NCBI GenBank assembly: GCA_963815195.1
Contig: CAWFGE010000015.1
Location: forward strand, 1-64,000
Reading direction: 5' to 3'
Source of the DNA: an uncultured Planctomycetaceae bacterium
Lineage (GTDB): Bacteria > Planctomycetota > Planctomycetia > Planctomycetales > Planctomycetaceae
DNA length: 64,000 nucleotides
The notes under the pieces: generated by a model
What the model saw: the letters and a program-made list of their open reading frames with translations, nothing else
Databases searched by the model: none
What the model was told of the DNA's origin: nothing
Shown here: positions 43,910 to 54,821 of the stretch, piece after piece
Layout of the letters: each line of letters starts with the position of its first letter
How positions within the stretch are numbered: the first letter of the stretch is position 1
Program-made: the position numbers and the translations under genes

Positions 43910-44584
43910 ATGAATGTCCGGCCGATGTTTATGTGCGTGTTTGCGGTGCTGATTTTGCTGCAAGTCGCGGCCAAGCCTTCGCATCAACTCAAGACTGTCA
44001 AAGAACTTCCGAAAGATCTGCCCAAGCCGATCGCCGAGGATATGGACCCGGCCGGCTACGCGTTGGAAGGTCCCTCGGGCACGCTGGGCACGATGTGGTT
44101 CGCCAAGGAAGTCGCCCTCAAACCGGGATTTCAGCCGGGCTTTATGGTGAAATATCCCTTCAACGTCGGCGAACTCCTGGGCGTGCTCAAGGTCGAGAAA
44201 GACGCCAGCCTGACCGATTTTCGCGGCCAGGAGCTGAAAGCCGGGCTGTATACGCTCCGCTACGGCCAGCAACCGCAGGACGGAAACCACATTGGCACCA
44301 GCGAAACGTCCGATTTTCTCTTGGCTTCGCCTATCGCCAAGGATGCCAAGCCCGCGACGCTGACCGATATGGATCAATTCATCAAAAACGGCGCCGCGGC
44401 CGCGGGTTCCAATCACCCGGCGATTTTCTCGCTGTTGCCCGCGGAGAAAGCCGGCGAAGCGAAGCTCACCCATAACGAGGACCGCGATTTTTGGATTCTC
44501 GACGCGACCGTGCCCGGCAAAGATAAAGACAAAGCCGTCAAGGTGCCCGTGAAATTGATCGTCGTTGGCAAAGCCGAGGTTTGA
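43910..44584 (+). CDS. Secreted hypothetical protein
   Basis: Signal peptide and DFRGQ..KAG.YTLRYG.QPQDGNH.G motif; first gene of a co-directional run ending in mch and the RimK-family ligase. Confidence 0.75.
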   Translation: MNVRPMFMCVFAVLILLQVAAKPSHQLKTVKELPKDLPKPIAEDMDPAGYALEGPSGTLGTMWFAKEVALKPGFQPGFMVKYPFNVGELLGVLKVEKDASLTDFRGQELKAGLYTLRYGQQPQDGNHIGTSETSDFLLASPIAKDAKPATLTDMDQFIKNGAAAAGSNHPAIFSLLPAEKAGEAKLTHNEDRDFWILDATVPGKDKDKAVKVPVKLIVVGKAEV

Positions 44585-44607
44585 GACGCAACCCGCAGGA
44601 GTGCAGT

Positions 44608-45207
44608 ATGTTACGCCGATTGACATTCCCCAAGTTCCGTTGGTTCGTGTTGCCCGCGTTGGTTGCGGGTCTGGTTTGGGGATCCGACTGCCGGGCGGAT
44701 GATGCGAAGAAAACTGACAAAAAGCCAACCGAGTCGGCCCCAGCCGAACGTGAAACCTCGGAAGAGGTCCAGAAGGAGTTGTTCACCGGCGAGGTGCTGC
44801 TTTTGGGGGACGCCTTGAAGAAAAAAGGCATCACGGCGTTTGAGGAAATGCAGGACCAGGCGGTGCTCCAGACGCCGGGCGGGGAATTGATTCCGATCGT
44901 TGCCGATTGGCGGGGGCGGGCGTTTTTTCAGGACAAGCGATTGCGGAACCGCAAGGTGGAACTCGTGGGGACGCGGAAGCCCGGCGTGCCCTATCTCCAG
45001 GTGCTGATGGTGTTTACGTTCGACAAGCAAGGCGAGAGGATGTACACGGATTACTGGTGCGACGTGTGCTCGATCCCCATGTACGAAATCAAGCCCTGCG
45101 ACTGCTGCCAAGGCCCGATCCGCCTCAGGTTCCAATCCAAGCCGCTGCCCAATTATCTGCCGCAATCGAAAACCGAAGAATCCTCCAAGAAATCGGCCGA
45201 TCGATGA
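44608..45207 (+). CDS. Exported protein with a C-terminal Cys cluster (CxxC-x9-CxCC)
   Basis: AGGAG RBS, signal-like N-terminus, YWCDVCSIPMYEIKPCDCCQGP; ATGA overlap with mch. Confidence 0.75.
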   Translation: MLRRLTFPKFRWFVLPALVAGLVWGSDCRADDAKKTDKKPTESAPAERETSEEVQKELFTGEVLLLGDALKKKGITAFEEMQDQAVLQTPGGELIPIVADWRGRAFFQDKRLRNRKVELVGTRKPGVPYLQVLMVFTFDKQGERMYTDYWCDVCSIPMYEIKPCDCCQGPIRLRFQSKPLPNYLPQSKTEESSKKSADR

Positions 45208-46154
45208 CCGGAAATCTGAACCAGCGGGCTTGGAATCTGATCGAAGAAGTCGCCGCGAAAGCCGAGGTCCTGCGGATCGAAGAGCATCATTTGGAAGCCG
45301 GCGCCCGCTGGTGGGATTTTGGAATCAAAGCGGAAGGCGGCTTGGAAGCGGGCCTGCTTCTGAGCCGAGCCTGCATGAGCGACCTGGCCCGGATTGAAAT
45401 CATTCCGGGCTTCATCGGCACAAAAAGTTGGCCGCTGGTGCAAGTCACCACGGACCATCCCGGGGAAGCATGTTTGTTCAGCCAGTATGCCGGTTGGCGG
45501 GTGTCGGTCGGAAAGTTTTTCGGGATGGGTTCCGGACCGATCCGAGCGATTGCGGCGCGTGAAGAGTTGTTCGAGAAACTGGATTACAAAGAGAAGTCCA
45601 AAGTCGCCGTGGGGATTTTGGAAACCAACCAACCGCCCACGGAAGCTGCCTTCGAAGAGTTCGCGGCGAAGACGGGGCTAAAACCATCGAAGATCTGTTT
45701 GTTGGTTGCCCCGACTTCCAGCCAAGCGGGAACCGTGCAAATCGTGGCCCGCTCCGTGGAGACCACGCTGCATAAGCTGTTCGAGTTGGGCTTCGATGTC
45801 CGCCGGGTGCGAAGTGCCTGGGGCGTCGCTCCGTTGCCACCTTGCGGGGCGGATTTTCTCACGAGCCTGGGCCGGACGAATGATGCGATCCTCTACGGCG
45901 GCCGGGTGCAGTTGTGGGTCACGGGCGATCCTGAAGACCTAAAAGCGGTCGGCCCCCGGGTGCCTGCGGATTCCTCCGAAGCCCACGGCCGCCCGTTCCG
46001 CGAAATCTTTGAAACCGCGGGCATGGACTTCTATCAGATCGACCCGCACCTGTTCAGCCCGGCGGAGGTCGTTTTCAGCAGCTTGGAAACGGGGGCGGTG
46101 TTCCGCTTCGGCCATGTCGCCGAGGAGGTTTTAGAGCGGTCCTTTGGGATTTGA
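45204..46154 (+). CDS. mch: Methenyltetrahydromethanopterin cyclohydrolase
   Basis: D.GI...GGLEAG, SQYAGW, FGMGSGP.RA, APTSS.AG.VQIVARSVET..HK, GRTNDAILYGG, DFYQIDPHLFSPA. Confidence 0.95.
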   Translation: MTGNLNQRAWNLIEEVAAKAEVLRIEEHHLEAGARWWDFGIKAEGGLEAGLLLSRACMSDLARIEIIPGFIGTKSWPLVQVTTDHPGEACLFSQYAGWRVSVGKFFGMGSGPIRAIAAREELFEKLDYKEKSKVAVGILETNQPPTEAAFEEFAAKTGLKPSKICLLVAPTSSQAGTVQIVARSVETTLHKLFELGFDVRRVRSAWGVAPLPPCGADFLTSLGRTNDAILYGGRVQLWVTGDPEDLKAVGPRVPADSSEAHGRPFREIFETAGMDFYQIDPHLFSPAEVVFSSLETGAVFRFGHVAEEVLERSFGI

Positions 46155-46181
46155 TCGGCACCCTGTCAAAGCGAACGAAAC

Positions 46182-47072
46182 GTGCGAATCGGCGTCTTGG
46201 GGAACGAGGGCAGTTGGTATTACCAGGATCTCGCGCAGGCCGCGGCCGAATTGGGGCACGACATCGATCGCCTCGATTTTCCCCGCCTGACTGCACGGGT
46301 CGATTCCTCCGGGACGCAACTGACCACCGGCGACATGACGTTGCAAAATTACGATGCCGTCATCGTCCGCACCATGCCGCCGGGGTCTTTGGAGCAGGTC
46401 GTGTACCGGATGGATGCGCTCGCCGCTTTGGAATCGGCGGGAGTCAGAGTCATCAATCCGCCGAAGGCCATCGAATGTGCCGTGGACAAATTCCTGACGA
46501 CGCACCGCCTGGCCGGGGCGGGTTTGCAGGTTCCCGCGACGGTGGTCTCTGAGGATGCGGATTCCGCGATGGAAGCCTTTGCCGAACTTGGCGGCGATGT
46601 GGTCGTCAAACCCTTGTTCGGCTCCGAGGGCCGGGGCATCGTGCGGGTCAGCGATCCCGATCTGGCCTGGCGGACGTTCCGCACGCTCGAACGATTGAAT
46701 GCGGTGCTGTATCTCCAGGCCTTTATCGATCATCCCGGCTGGGACGTGCGGGTGATGGTTTTGGATGGGGCCATCCTCGGCGGCATGAAGCGAATCAGCG
46801 GAGAGGACTTTCGCACCAACGTCTCCCGGCAAGCGACGACCCAATCTTATGAACCCACCGCCCAGGAACAAAGCTGGGCCCTCGCAGCCGCGAATGCGGT
46901 GGGGGCGTGGTTTGCCGGGGTCGATCTGCTTTACAACCGTGCGGGATTGGGCTATGTGATAGAAGTCAACGCCGTCCCCGGTTGGCGGGCCTTCGCCCGC
47001 GCGACGGGCCAAGACATCGCCCGAGTGTTGATCGAACGAATCGCTCAGGCTCACGAATCTCGGTATTGCTAA
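46182..47072 (+). CDS. RimK-family ATP-grasp ligase (orf5-type, H4MPT/methanofuran-linked glutamate ligase)
   Basis: GSLEQVVYRMD.L, N.PKAIE..VDK, KPLFGSEGRG, FRTNV, EVNAVPGW; adjacent to mch. Confidence 0.88.
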   Translation: MRIGVLGNEGSWYYQDLAQAAAELGHDIDRLDFPRLTARVDSSGTQLTTGDMTLQNYDAVIVRTMPPGSLEQVVYRMDALAALESAGVRVINPPKAIECAVDKFLTTHRLAGAGLQVPATVVSEDADSAMEAFAELGGDVVVKPLFGSEGRGIVRVSDPDLAWRTFRTLERLNAVLYLQAFIDHPGWDVRVMVLDGAILGGMKRISGEDFRTNVSRQATTQSYEPTAQEQSWALAAANAVGAWFAGVDLLYNRAGLGYVIEVNAVPGWRAFARATGQDIARVLIERIAQAHESRYC

Positions 47073-47222
47073 AAAAAGTTGAGCCGCGCACGAAGTAAGC
47101 GGTAGTGCTAAAAAAAGTTGAGCCGCGCACGAAGTAAGCGGTAGTGCAGTTGCTAAATTCTCAAAAACCGCTTACTTCGTGCGCGGCTCAAATGAACCAA
47201 TCGCGTTTCGGAACTTCTGAAT
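47067..47222. repeat. Family-B element with a 39-bp tandem duplication of one arm
   Basis: TGCTAAAAAAAGTTGAGCCGCGCACGAAGTAAGCGGTAG at 47067-47105 and 47106-47144, with the complementary arm at 47168-47191. The flank 47192-47222 resembles the reverse complement of the 27632 element's left flank (GATTGGTTC, TCAG..GTTCC). Confidence 0.88.
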
Positions 47223-47236
47223 CTGAGGAACCACCC

Positions 47237-48158
47237 ATGCAGCTTGAGGAACTGACCGCCGCCTTGTCCGAGGAAATGCCCGCCGTTTTGCGCTGGTGCG
47301 GGGCGGTGGCGAAGCGGCTCCGGCAGTTTGACATTGCGGTCTCGGGCAAAACGTCGGGAAGCTCCAACACGGATGCCTTGACGCTTGCGGATCTCTCCGT
47401 CCAGGAGTCTCTTGGTGGCGGCTCTGCGGGATTTGAACCCGCTGTTTCGCCAGTGCCGACTGGAAGCCGAGGAGTCCACGGGCGACTTGGAAAAATTCGC
47501 GAGCCAAAGCGAATACACGATCGCCCTCGATCCGATCGACGGCACGAAGCAATACCGCGACAAAACGGGCAACGGCTGGGCGGTGATGCTCAACCTGCGC
47601 ACGCCCGAGGAGGTGAAATATTCGCTGGTGTTCATTCCCGAGACGGGCCCCAATGGAACCTGGGTGGAAGCGGTGGGTGAGCGGATCATCGTCGGCGAGG
47701 ATGATCCCAACCGCCCCGCCGCCCTGGTCCTCAAATCGCTGCCGCCGATTACGCCGGCGTCCCGGAAGCAAGGCAAAAAGATCTATGTCATCGGCTTTCA
47801 GGATCAGGATCGACAGAAGGCGAATCTCGTCACCGAAGCGGGGCTGGAAGGCCGATTGTCGGAGGACATGCCCGGCAGCATTTTTGATCTGTTCGCGCGG
47901 GGCGAATACGCCGGCTCGCTGATTCACAGTCCGAACGTTTACGACTTCCCCGTCTCTTCGCAAATCGCCCGCATCCTGGGAGGCGATGCAGTCTGGGTCC
48001 ACAACCGTAAGCCGGTGCATTTTCGGGATCTGTGGCTGGATGACCGGGCCGACATGCTCCGCCTGCCGGGCATCGTCGCCTGCAGCGACGACCCGGAAGT
48101 CTTAAATACCCTCTGCGATCTCGCGAAAGACTGGAACCCGAATCGCTATCACGACTAA
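47237..48158 (+). CDS. Divergent inositol monophosphatase-family (FIG superfamily) phosphatase; frameshift near 47410
   Basis: DALTLADLSVQE, LEAEE, ALDPIDGT, YD. Confidence 0.75.
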
Positions 48159-48423
48159 CCGGCGAAAAAACCAAAAGAGAAAGCGGCGAGGATTTTTTTC
48201 TCAGGAATACTTCGCATCGTGTTCCGGTCGCATTCTGGGTCTGTTTCTCAACTCATCCTCGGTTTCCAAGGCATCCACGACCCCGGCGACGAGCGGAGCC
48301 TCGGCCCGAACACGGTGAGGCCGATCTGCTCCTGTTTCGCCAATGCGAGACCGCCAAGTAACCGTGGCACATCGACTCCCCTCGAATCCGTTGAGCGCAA
48401 TTCCCCTCGAACACCCTTTTTCC

Positions 48424-49866
48424 TCAGGCCAGCACGTCCTTCAGCACGTGGCCGTGGACGTTCGTCAAACGCCGCTGGATACCGTTGTGGTAGAAGGTGA
48501 GCCGCTCGTGATCGATGCCCAGCAGATGGAGCACGGTGGCATGAAGATCGTATGTCGTCGCGGGGTGTTCGACGGCGGCGTAGCCGATGGCGTCCGTCGC
48601 GCCGAACGCGAAGCCGGGCTTTAATCCCCCGCCGGCGAGGACATTCGAGAAGCCTTCGGGGTGATGGTCGCGGCCTTTGCTCAGCTTGCCGCGGTCGGCT
48701 TGGGCGTAGGGCGTGCGGCCGAATTCCGTGGTGATCATCACGACGGTCGAGTCGAGCAGGCCGCGCTCGCGGAGGTCGCGGATCAAGCCCGCAACAGGCC
48801 GATCGATCCGCAGGGCTTCCCCCGAATGGCTCTTGTAGCCTTTTCCGGTGATGTCGCCGTGGGCGTCCCAGGAGACGCCGTCGCCCGTCCACAATTGGAC
48901 CATGCGGACGCCCCGCTCGATCAGCCGCCGGGCCGCGAGGCAGTTGCGGGCCGTGTCCCGGCATTCGTTCCGGTCGAGGCCGTACAACTTCTGCACGTGC
49001 TCCGGTTCGCTTTTCAGGTCCATCGCTTCGGGAATGGCCGACTGCATTTTCGCCGCGAGTTCGTAACTGCGAATCCGCGCGGCCAAGAGATCGGTCTCGG
49101 CGTGCTGTTCCCGGTGGATTTCGTTGAGCTGCTTCAAAAGGTCCAACCGGTCCCGCTGCGTGGATTGATCAAAGCCGCCGGCCGGTTCCAGGTCGAGAAT
49201 CGGCGGGCCGCCTTTGGTGTTAAAGGGCACGCCTTGATGCTCCGCCGGCAGAAACCCGCTGGTCCAGTTGAAGGCTCCGCCGGCCGCGTTCGGAATGCCG
49301 CGGGAGTCGGGGAGCACCACGAAGCTCGGCAGGTTGCCGTTCAAGTTGCCCAGCCCGTAAGACAGCCAGGCCCCCATTGCGGGGAAACCCATCTGTCGAA
49401 AGCCCGTGTTCGCTTGAAAGATGCCGGGGATGTGATTGGCGGTCTCGGCGACCATGGACTTGATGATTGTCAGTTCGTCCGCGACTTCGTTGAGGTGCGG
49501 AAAGAGGTCCGACATCCACAGGCCGCTTTTTCCCCGCTTTTTGAAAGGGAAATGCGATCGGTGCAGCCGCCCCGCCCGGCCCATGAAGGGGTCCGCCTTG
49601 CCGAACGAGGCGGGCAAATCTTTGTTGTGGTATTTCTCGAGTTCGGGCTTGTAGTCGAAGGAATCCACCTGGCTCAAGCCGCCGCCCAGGAAGATATGTA
49701 TCACCTGTTTCGCGCGGGCCTTGTGGTGCAGCCCGCCTTCATTCGGGGAGCCGGCTTCGAGGGTGCCGTCGCGAAGCAGCAAGTCGGCAAGCGCCATTCC
49801 CGCGACGCCGAACGCCGCGTGCGACAGAAACTCTCGGCGTGGTTTGACGAAAACATCGGCGGTCAT
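48424..49866 (-). CDS. DUF1501 domain protein
   Basis: PRREFL, FLGGGLSQVDSFDYKP, ARRLIERGVR, WDAH, EFGRTP, GRDHHP, RRLTNVHG. Confidence 0.93.
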   Translation of the reverse strand: MTADVFVKPRREFLSHAAFGVAGMALADLLLRDGTLEAGSPNEGGLHHKARAKQVIHIFLGGGLSQVDSFDYKPELEKYHNKDLPASFGKADPFMGRAGRLHRSHFPFKKRGKSGLWMSDLFPHLNEVADELTIIKSMVAETANHIPGIFQANTGFRQMGFPAMGAWLSYGLGNLNGNLPSFVVLPDSRGIPNAAGGAFNWTSGFLPAEHQGVPFNTKGGPPILDLEPAGGFDQSTQRDRLDLLKQLNEIHREQHAETDLLAARIRSYELAAKMQSAIPEAMDLKSEPEHVQKLYGLDRNECRDTARNCLAARRLIERGVRMVQLWTGDGVSWDAHGDITGKGYKSHSGEALRIDRPVAGLIRDLRERGLLDSTVVMITTEFGRTPYAQADRGKLSKGRDHHPEGFSNVLAGGGLKPGFAFGATDAIGYAAVEHPATTYDLHATVLHLLGIDHERLTFYHNGIQRRLTNVHGHVLKDVLA

Positions 49867-49873
49867 CTTCAGG

Positions 49874-52800
49874 TCACTCCACAAATAGAAACTCATTGGT
49901 GTTGAGCAGCACGAGCGACAATTGCTCCAGCCCGCGGCGTTTCAGAAAATCGCGGGCGAGATCGACTTCGCGCGGCTGCGGCGTACGCGCCAGGACCAAA
50001 CGGTACAGGCGATGGATCTGCTCTTCATCCTTCTGGCCCGCTTCGCGGCGGACGCGGTCGGCCAGCCGTTTGGCGCACTCTTCGACAAACCCGTTGTTGA
50101 GCAGCGACAGCGACTGCACCGGCGTGATCGTCTGGGAGCGGCGCGGGGCCATGACGGACGGGGCGGGACAGTCGAGCGACTCGAGCAGCGGATTGTTGCC
50201 GGAACGAGCCCACAGACGATAAATCGTGCGGCGCTCGTGGAACTCGCCGGTCGGTGTGGTGAATTCGTGATTCGTGCCCAACTTCACAGCGACATCCCGA
50301 TAGCTCGGCCCGCCCAAGCTGCGGTCGAGCGCCCGCTGAGGGCCAGCATCGCGTCGCGCGCCGATTCCCCGTCCAGCCGGCGGGAATGGCTCCGCCAGAG
50401 CAAACGGTTGTCCGCATCGAACTCCCCCGCGCGGGGATTTTTCACGTTGGAGGCCTGGCAATAGGTGGCCGACGTGACGATCAAGCGGTGCATCTCCTTC
50501 AATTTCCAGCCGCCGGCCATAAACCGGTCCGCGAGCCAGTCGAGCAATTCCGGATGGCTGGGCCGGCCGCCCGCGAAACCGAAATCGCTGGGCGTGTCCA
50601 CGATGCCTGTGCCGAAATGGTAATGCCAGAGCCGATTGACCATCACCCGCGGCGTGAGCGGATTTCGCGGATCGGTCAGCCACCGGGCGAGCGCGACCCG
50701 CCGCTGGGCTTCCGGGGCGTCGGGCTTCAATCCGAAATCATCGGACAGCCCCGCCCGCGACAGGGCCGCGAGTCCGCGCGGCGAGACGACATCCCCGCGG
50801 TTCCGGTAATCGCCCCGGGCCAAGACATGAAACACCGGCGGCTGCTTGGGAATGATCACATGGGCCACGCCCTCAAACGGCTGGGCCGGCTGCTTCGCTT
50901 CGATCTGTTTGAGTTCCAGGCGGAGGTCTTCATAGCGTTTTTTTTCGGCGGCCGAGGCTTTCGCCAAAATGGTTGTGAGCGATTCGCCCGAGCGAATATC
51001 GCGCGACTCGGTTTCGAAGTTCCGGGCGATCTGTTCCGCGGAGAGGGCTTGGTTATAGATCGCGACAAAATGCACGTCGCCTTCCCAGAGGCGGTCGCCG
51101 GTCAATTCGTTGCCGATCGCCAGACGGAAATCATCGTTCCAATTCGCAAAATCACCGGCTGCCTTCCGACTGGCAACCTGCTTGCCGTCCACATAACACC
51201 GCATCTCCTCCGCGCGGTCGAACGTAAACACGACATGCGTCTTCCGTTGCCCGGTTTTGCCTTCGGGACTCGCCAGCGACGGCAGGCCGTTTTGATCGGT
51301 CTTCGTCGTGCGCAACCTCAGGTCAAAGCGGCCGCCGTCCTGCCCCAGCGTGAAATTCCGCTGGCCGGAATCGAGCGAGAGCGTCACAATCCGCGCGGGG
51401 CCGGTTTGGTTCGCCTTCGCCGGTTTGATCCAAGCTTCGATCGTGAACTCATGGGTTTTTTTGACCGCGGCAACGAGTTTTTTCGCGGGACCGCTCGAAG
51501 CAAACCGCGGCTTGCCGCCGGCCGCCAGATTCAATGGCTTTCCAACGTTACTCTCGTCCGCAAGCTGTTTGCCGTCTGTTTCGCTCGGCCGGTAGAGCAC
51601 CTGCAAGCCTGCGATCGCCTGGCCGTCCTGGCCCCGGCCGTATTTCTCGCGGAGCGAGTCTTCAATCGCGGTCAATCCCTGCCGAAGCCGATCGCGGGCC
51701 CTGGTCCATTCGCGGTATTCCTGGGTGTCGGGCTTCGCCGAGATTCCCTGGCGTTCTTTTTCTTCCTGCGTCACGCCGCCAAGGAGCGTCGCCATCTGGT
51801 AATACTCCCGCTGGGAGATCGGATCGAACTTGTGATCGTGGCAGCGAGCGCAGTTGATCGTCAGTCCTAAAAAGGTCTGCCCCAACGCCGCGACCTGGTC
51901 TTCGAGATCATCCTGCCGGACGGCTTTTTGCATTTCCGCCGAGCCTTCCTTGTGCCCCACCTGATCCCAAGTGCCGCACACGAGAAAGCCGGTCGCCAGC
52001 AAAGGATCGAGATCGCCGGGATTGAGCACATCGCCCGCGATCTGCTGGCGGACAAATTCGTCGTAAGCCAAATCGCGATTGAGCGATCGCACGACCCAAT
52101 CGCGATACCGCCAGGCGTTTTCGCGAATGAGGTTTCGCTCGAAGCCCTGGCTTTCGCCGAAGCGGATCACGTCCAGCCAATGCCTGGCCCAGCGCTCGCC
52201 GTAATGCGGCGAATCGAGCAGCCGATCGACCACGTCGGCATACGCGGGCGAGCTTCCGTGAAAGTCAGCCGGATCGATCTCGACGCCCACAAGTTCCTCT
52301 TTCCATTTGCCGTTGTCTTCCTTCAAAACCGGCGGCAAGCCGATGAGGTCGAAGTACAGCCGCCGCAAGAGCGTGCGCGGGTCGGCTTCTGGAGCCGGAG
52401 CGAGTCCCGCCGCTTCGAGCTTCGCCAACACGAACCGATCGATTTCATTTCGCGGCCAGGCTGTGTTCTTGACGCTGGGCACCGCGGGCTTCTTGATGGG
52501 TCTCAGCGACCACCAATCGTAGCCGGCGCGTTTGTCCGTCGTGAACCGGAACGGATCGATCGGATCCGTCTCCCAACTCGCCCCCTCCGCGATCCATTGG
52601 CGAAGCCGTTGCCTTTCCTCGGCGGCTAGCGGCGACTCCGGAGGCATCTCCTCCGCGGCGATTCGTTTCCAGAGCAAACTCTTGTCGGGCTGGCCCGCCG
52701 TGATGACCGAACCGCTCTCGCCGCCGGCTTTGGCCGCGGCCTTCCGCGACAAGTCCAGTCCGCCCTTTTTCGCGGCCCCGTTGTGGCAAGACAGACACCG

Positions 52801-52968
52801 CCGGGCCAACAGCGGGGCGATCTGGGCATCAAACGAAATCTTGGTCGGCGGAGCGGCGAACGCGCGGCCGGTGAAAGCCGTCGGCATTTGAAATAGCACT
52901 GCGATCAGCCAGAAACATCGGCTCAACAGCCACCATGATGTCCGGGATCGAATCGTCGAGTTCATCAT
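49874..52968 (-). CDS. Planctomycete cytochrome c / DUF1549 / DUF1553 (PSD1) protein with an inserted LamG-like domain; frameshift near 50335
   Basis: CLSCH and CARCHDHKFDPI heme motifs, YGERWARHWLD, FTIEAWIKP (LamG), VNRLWHYHFG.GIV.TP.DFG, HPELLDWLA. Confidence 0.92.
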
Positions 52969-52998
52969 CTCAATTTCTCACAGAGTTTTTGTGCGGTT

Positions 52999-54048
52999 TT
53001 ACTGCTTGGCTCCAAGGGCGGCTTTGACTTCCCGGGCGACTTTTTGTTCTTCGGGATCCAATTGCTCGAACAGCCGTTTTTTCCGCATGTCAAAGGACCG
53101 GCGCGGCTCTTCGTCGGGACCCTGGCGCTCGGCTCCATTATGAAAACACCAACCCGCCGCCCCGCCCGCCATCGCGCCTTTGAGGTCGGTGAGAAAATCG
53201 TCCGCCGAGGGCTCCCAGGTGCCGTAACCTCGGCGAAACGGCTCCTGGTGATGGACGGGAACCGTGCGGCCCAACTCTTTCATCATTTTGAGGACCTCGC
53301 GGGTGCGGGCTTTGGTTTGAGGGGGCGATTTCGCGTTTCGCGGCCGATGCACGCTGAGGAAATCCACGCCCACCTCCGTCAGCATCCCGCGCACATCGTC
53401 TTTCGACAAGTCATGCCCGCCGAAGGAAGCCGTCACCAAAAGCGCCGGATCCAACCGGCGGGCCAGGTCCCGCAGGGCTTTTAGCTCCTGGAGGCTGACG
53501 AAGCGGGCATCCCGCACGTCGCGCTCGTTGGCCAGGTCGAGATACCAGTTGCGGTGCGGCTTCAAGGCCTTGATGATCGTCTCCACCGCGCGCTGATGGG
53601 CGGCGAAGTTGGGAATGCTTCCGCGGGCACCGTCCGGAGGTCGGTCCGGTTTGCCGCGGGTCAAAGTCACATCCACAATCAAACCCCGGCGGTCGCATTC
53701 CGCCACGAGCCACTCGAGCTTTTTCAAATACGGCTCGCGCGGTTCGCCTTTCTCATCGATGGCCGAGACATCGTGCCCAAAGGCTCCCCACGTCGCCCAG
53801 ACCCGGAGCCAATTGAAACCGTCTTGCTCCATGTCGTCCAAGTCGCGGCGGATGCTGTCTTCCGGTGCGCCGAGTGCCCCGTAATCACTGATCCCCAACA
53901 GAAACGTCGGCTTTCCGTCGATCGTGAACCGGGAATCTTCGATGCCGAGCGTCGTGGGCGCAGCCGGCTCTTTCGCCTGCAAACGAACCGCAGCCAATAC
54001 GGAAACGCCGAGGGCCATAAACCAGAATCGAATGGAAAAACGTCTCAT
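52999..54048 (-). CDS. Secreted TIM-barrel glycoside hydrolase-like protein (clan GH-A-like)
   Basis: Signal peptide; F.IDGKPTFL.G, DLD.M...GFNWLRVW, DLANE (acid/base-like), HQEP (nucleophile-like). Confidence 0.7.
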   Translation of the reverse strand: MRRFSIRFWFMALGVSVLAAVRLQAKEPAAPTTLGIEDSRFTIDGKPTFLLGISDYGALGAPEDSIRRDLDDMEQDGFNWLRVWATWGAFGHDVSAIDEKGEPREPYLKKLEWLVAECDRRGLIVDVTLTRGKPDRPPDGARGSIPNFAAHQRAVETIIKALKPHRNWYLDLANERDVRDARFVSLQELKALRDLARRLDPALLVTASFGGHDLSKDDVRGMLTEVGVDFLSVHRPRNAKSPPQTKARTREVLKMMKELGRTVPVHHQEPFRRGYGTWEPSADDFLTDLKGAMAGGAAGWCFHNGAERQGPDEEPRRSFDMRKKRLFEQLDPEEQKVAREVKAALGAKQ

Positions 54049-54082
54049 GGAGGACCTCACAGGGGGATCGAGTTGTCGGAAA

Positions 54083-54773
54083 TCATCGCGCTGGCAAAAA
54101 TCTTGTGAGGCCCTGGTTGAGGTGCTCCGACATCAAGTGAGCCGCCCGTTCCCCGTCGCCCGCGATAAGGGCTTCCACAATGGCCTGGTGTTCTTCATAG
54201 GTCTGGCCCACGCGTTCGGGGAACTGCTCGGCCGCGCGGAAGATCACCCGTTGCGCTTTGTCGCGAAGCTGCTGCATCACGCCGCGCGATTTCGTCATTG
54301 CGAAAGAAGCCGCACAAGAGTTGATGAAACTCAGCGTCGGCGTCCATAAAGCCTTCCGTGTTCTTCTCGTGGGCCGAGCGGCGGAGGTCGCTGATGTTCC
54401 GCCCGAGTTGTTTGATCTGCTCCGCCGTCAACTGCCCCGCCAGGCGGCGCATCACGTAAGGCTCCAAGGCCTGGCGAATCTCGTAATGGTTCACAATATC
54501 GTAAAGCGACAATTCCCTGACCACGACGCCCTGCTGCGGGGCGAGCGTCACGAGGCCCTCGGCTTCCAGGCGTTCGATCGCGGCATGCACGGGCGTTTTG
54601 CTCATTTCGAGTTGGGCCGCGAGCTGCCGCACCGACTGCACGCTCCCGCCCGCGAGTTCGCCGGCGAGGATCTGCCGCTTCAACTCCGCATAGGCGTGTT
54701 GCTTGAGTGCCGCGCGCTGCGGGGCCGTTTCGCAAATGGTTTTGGCCGGTTTCTTCGAAGTCTTGAGGGTCAT
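54083..54773 (-). CDS. GntR-family regulator (FCD domain); frameshift near 54295
   Basis: AY.ELK..IL.GEL, LA.QL.MSKTPV..AI.RLE.EGLV, D.EFH, EH.AI..AL..GD...A...M.EH. Confidence 0.92.
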
Positions 54774-54821
54774 GCCCTGTAGCCTTTCGGATCGAGCCGA
54801 AACATCAAACACATTTGCGAG

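Noticed and set aside
45204..47072. Evidence for methanogenesis or an archaeal origin of the contig
   Set aside because: mch and this ligase are known components of planctomycete and methylotroph C1 modules, and the surrounding genes are typically planctomycetal.
47067..47191. Possible mini CRISPR array (also considered at 145-234 and 10064-10155)
   Set aside because: Only two adjacent units with no unique spacers, no cas genes in the window, and the units are arms of dispersed palindromes.
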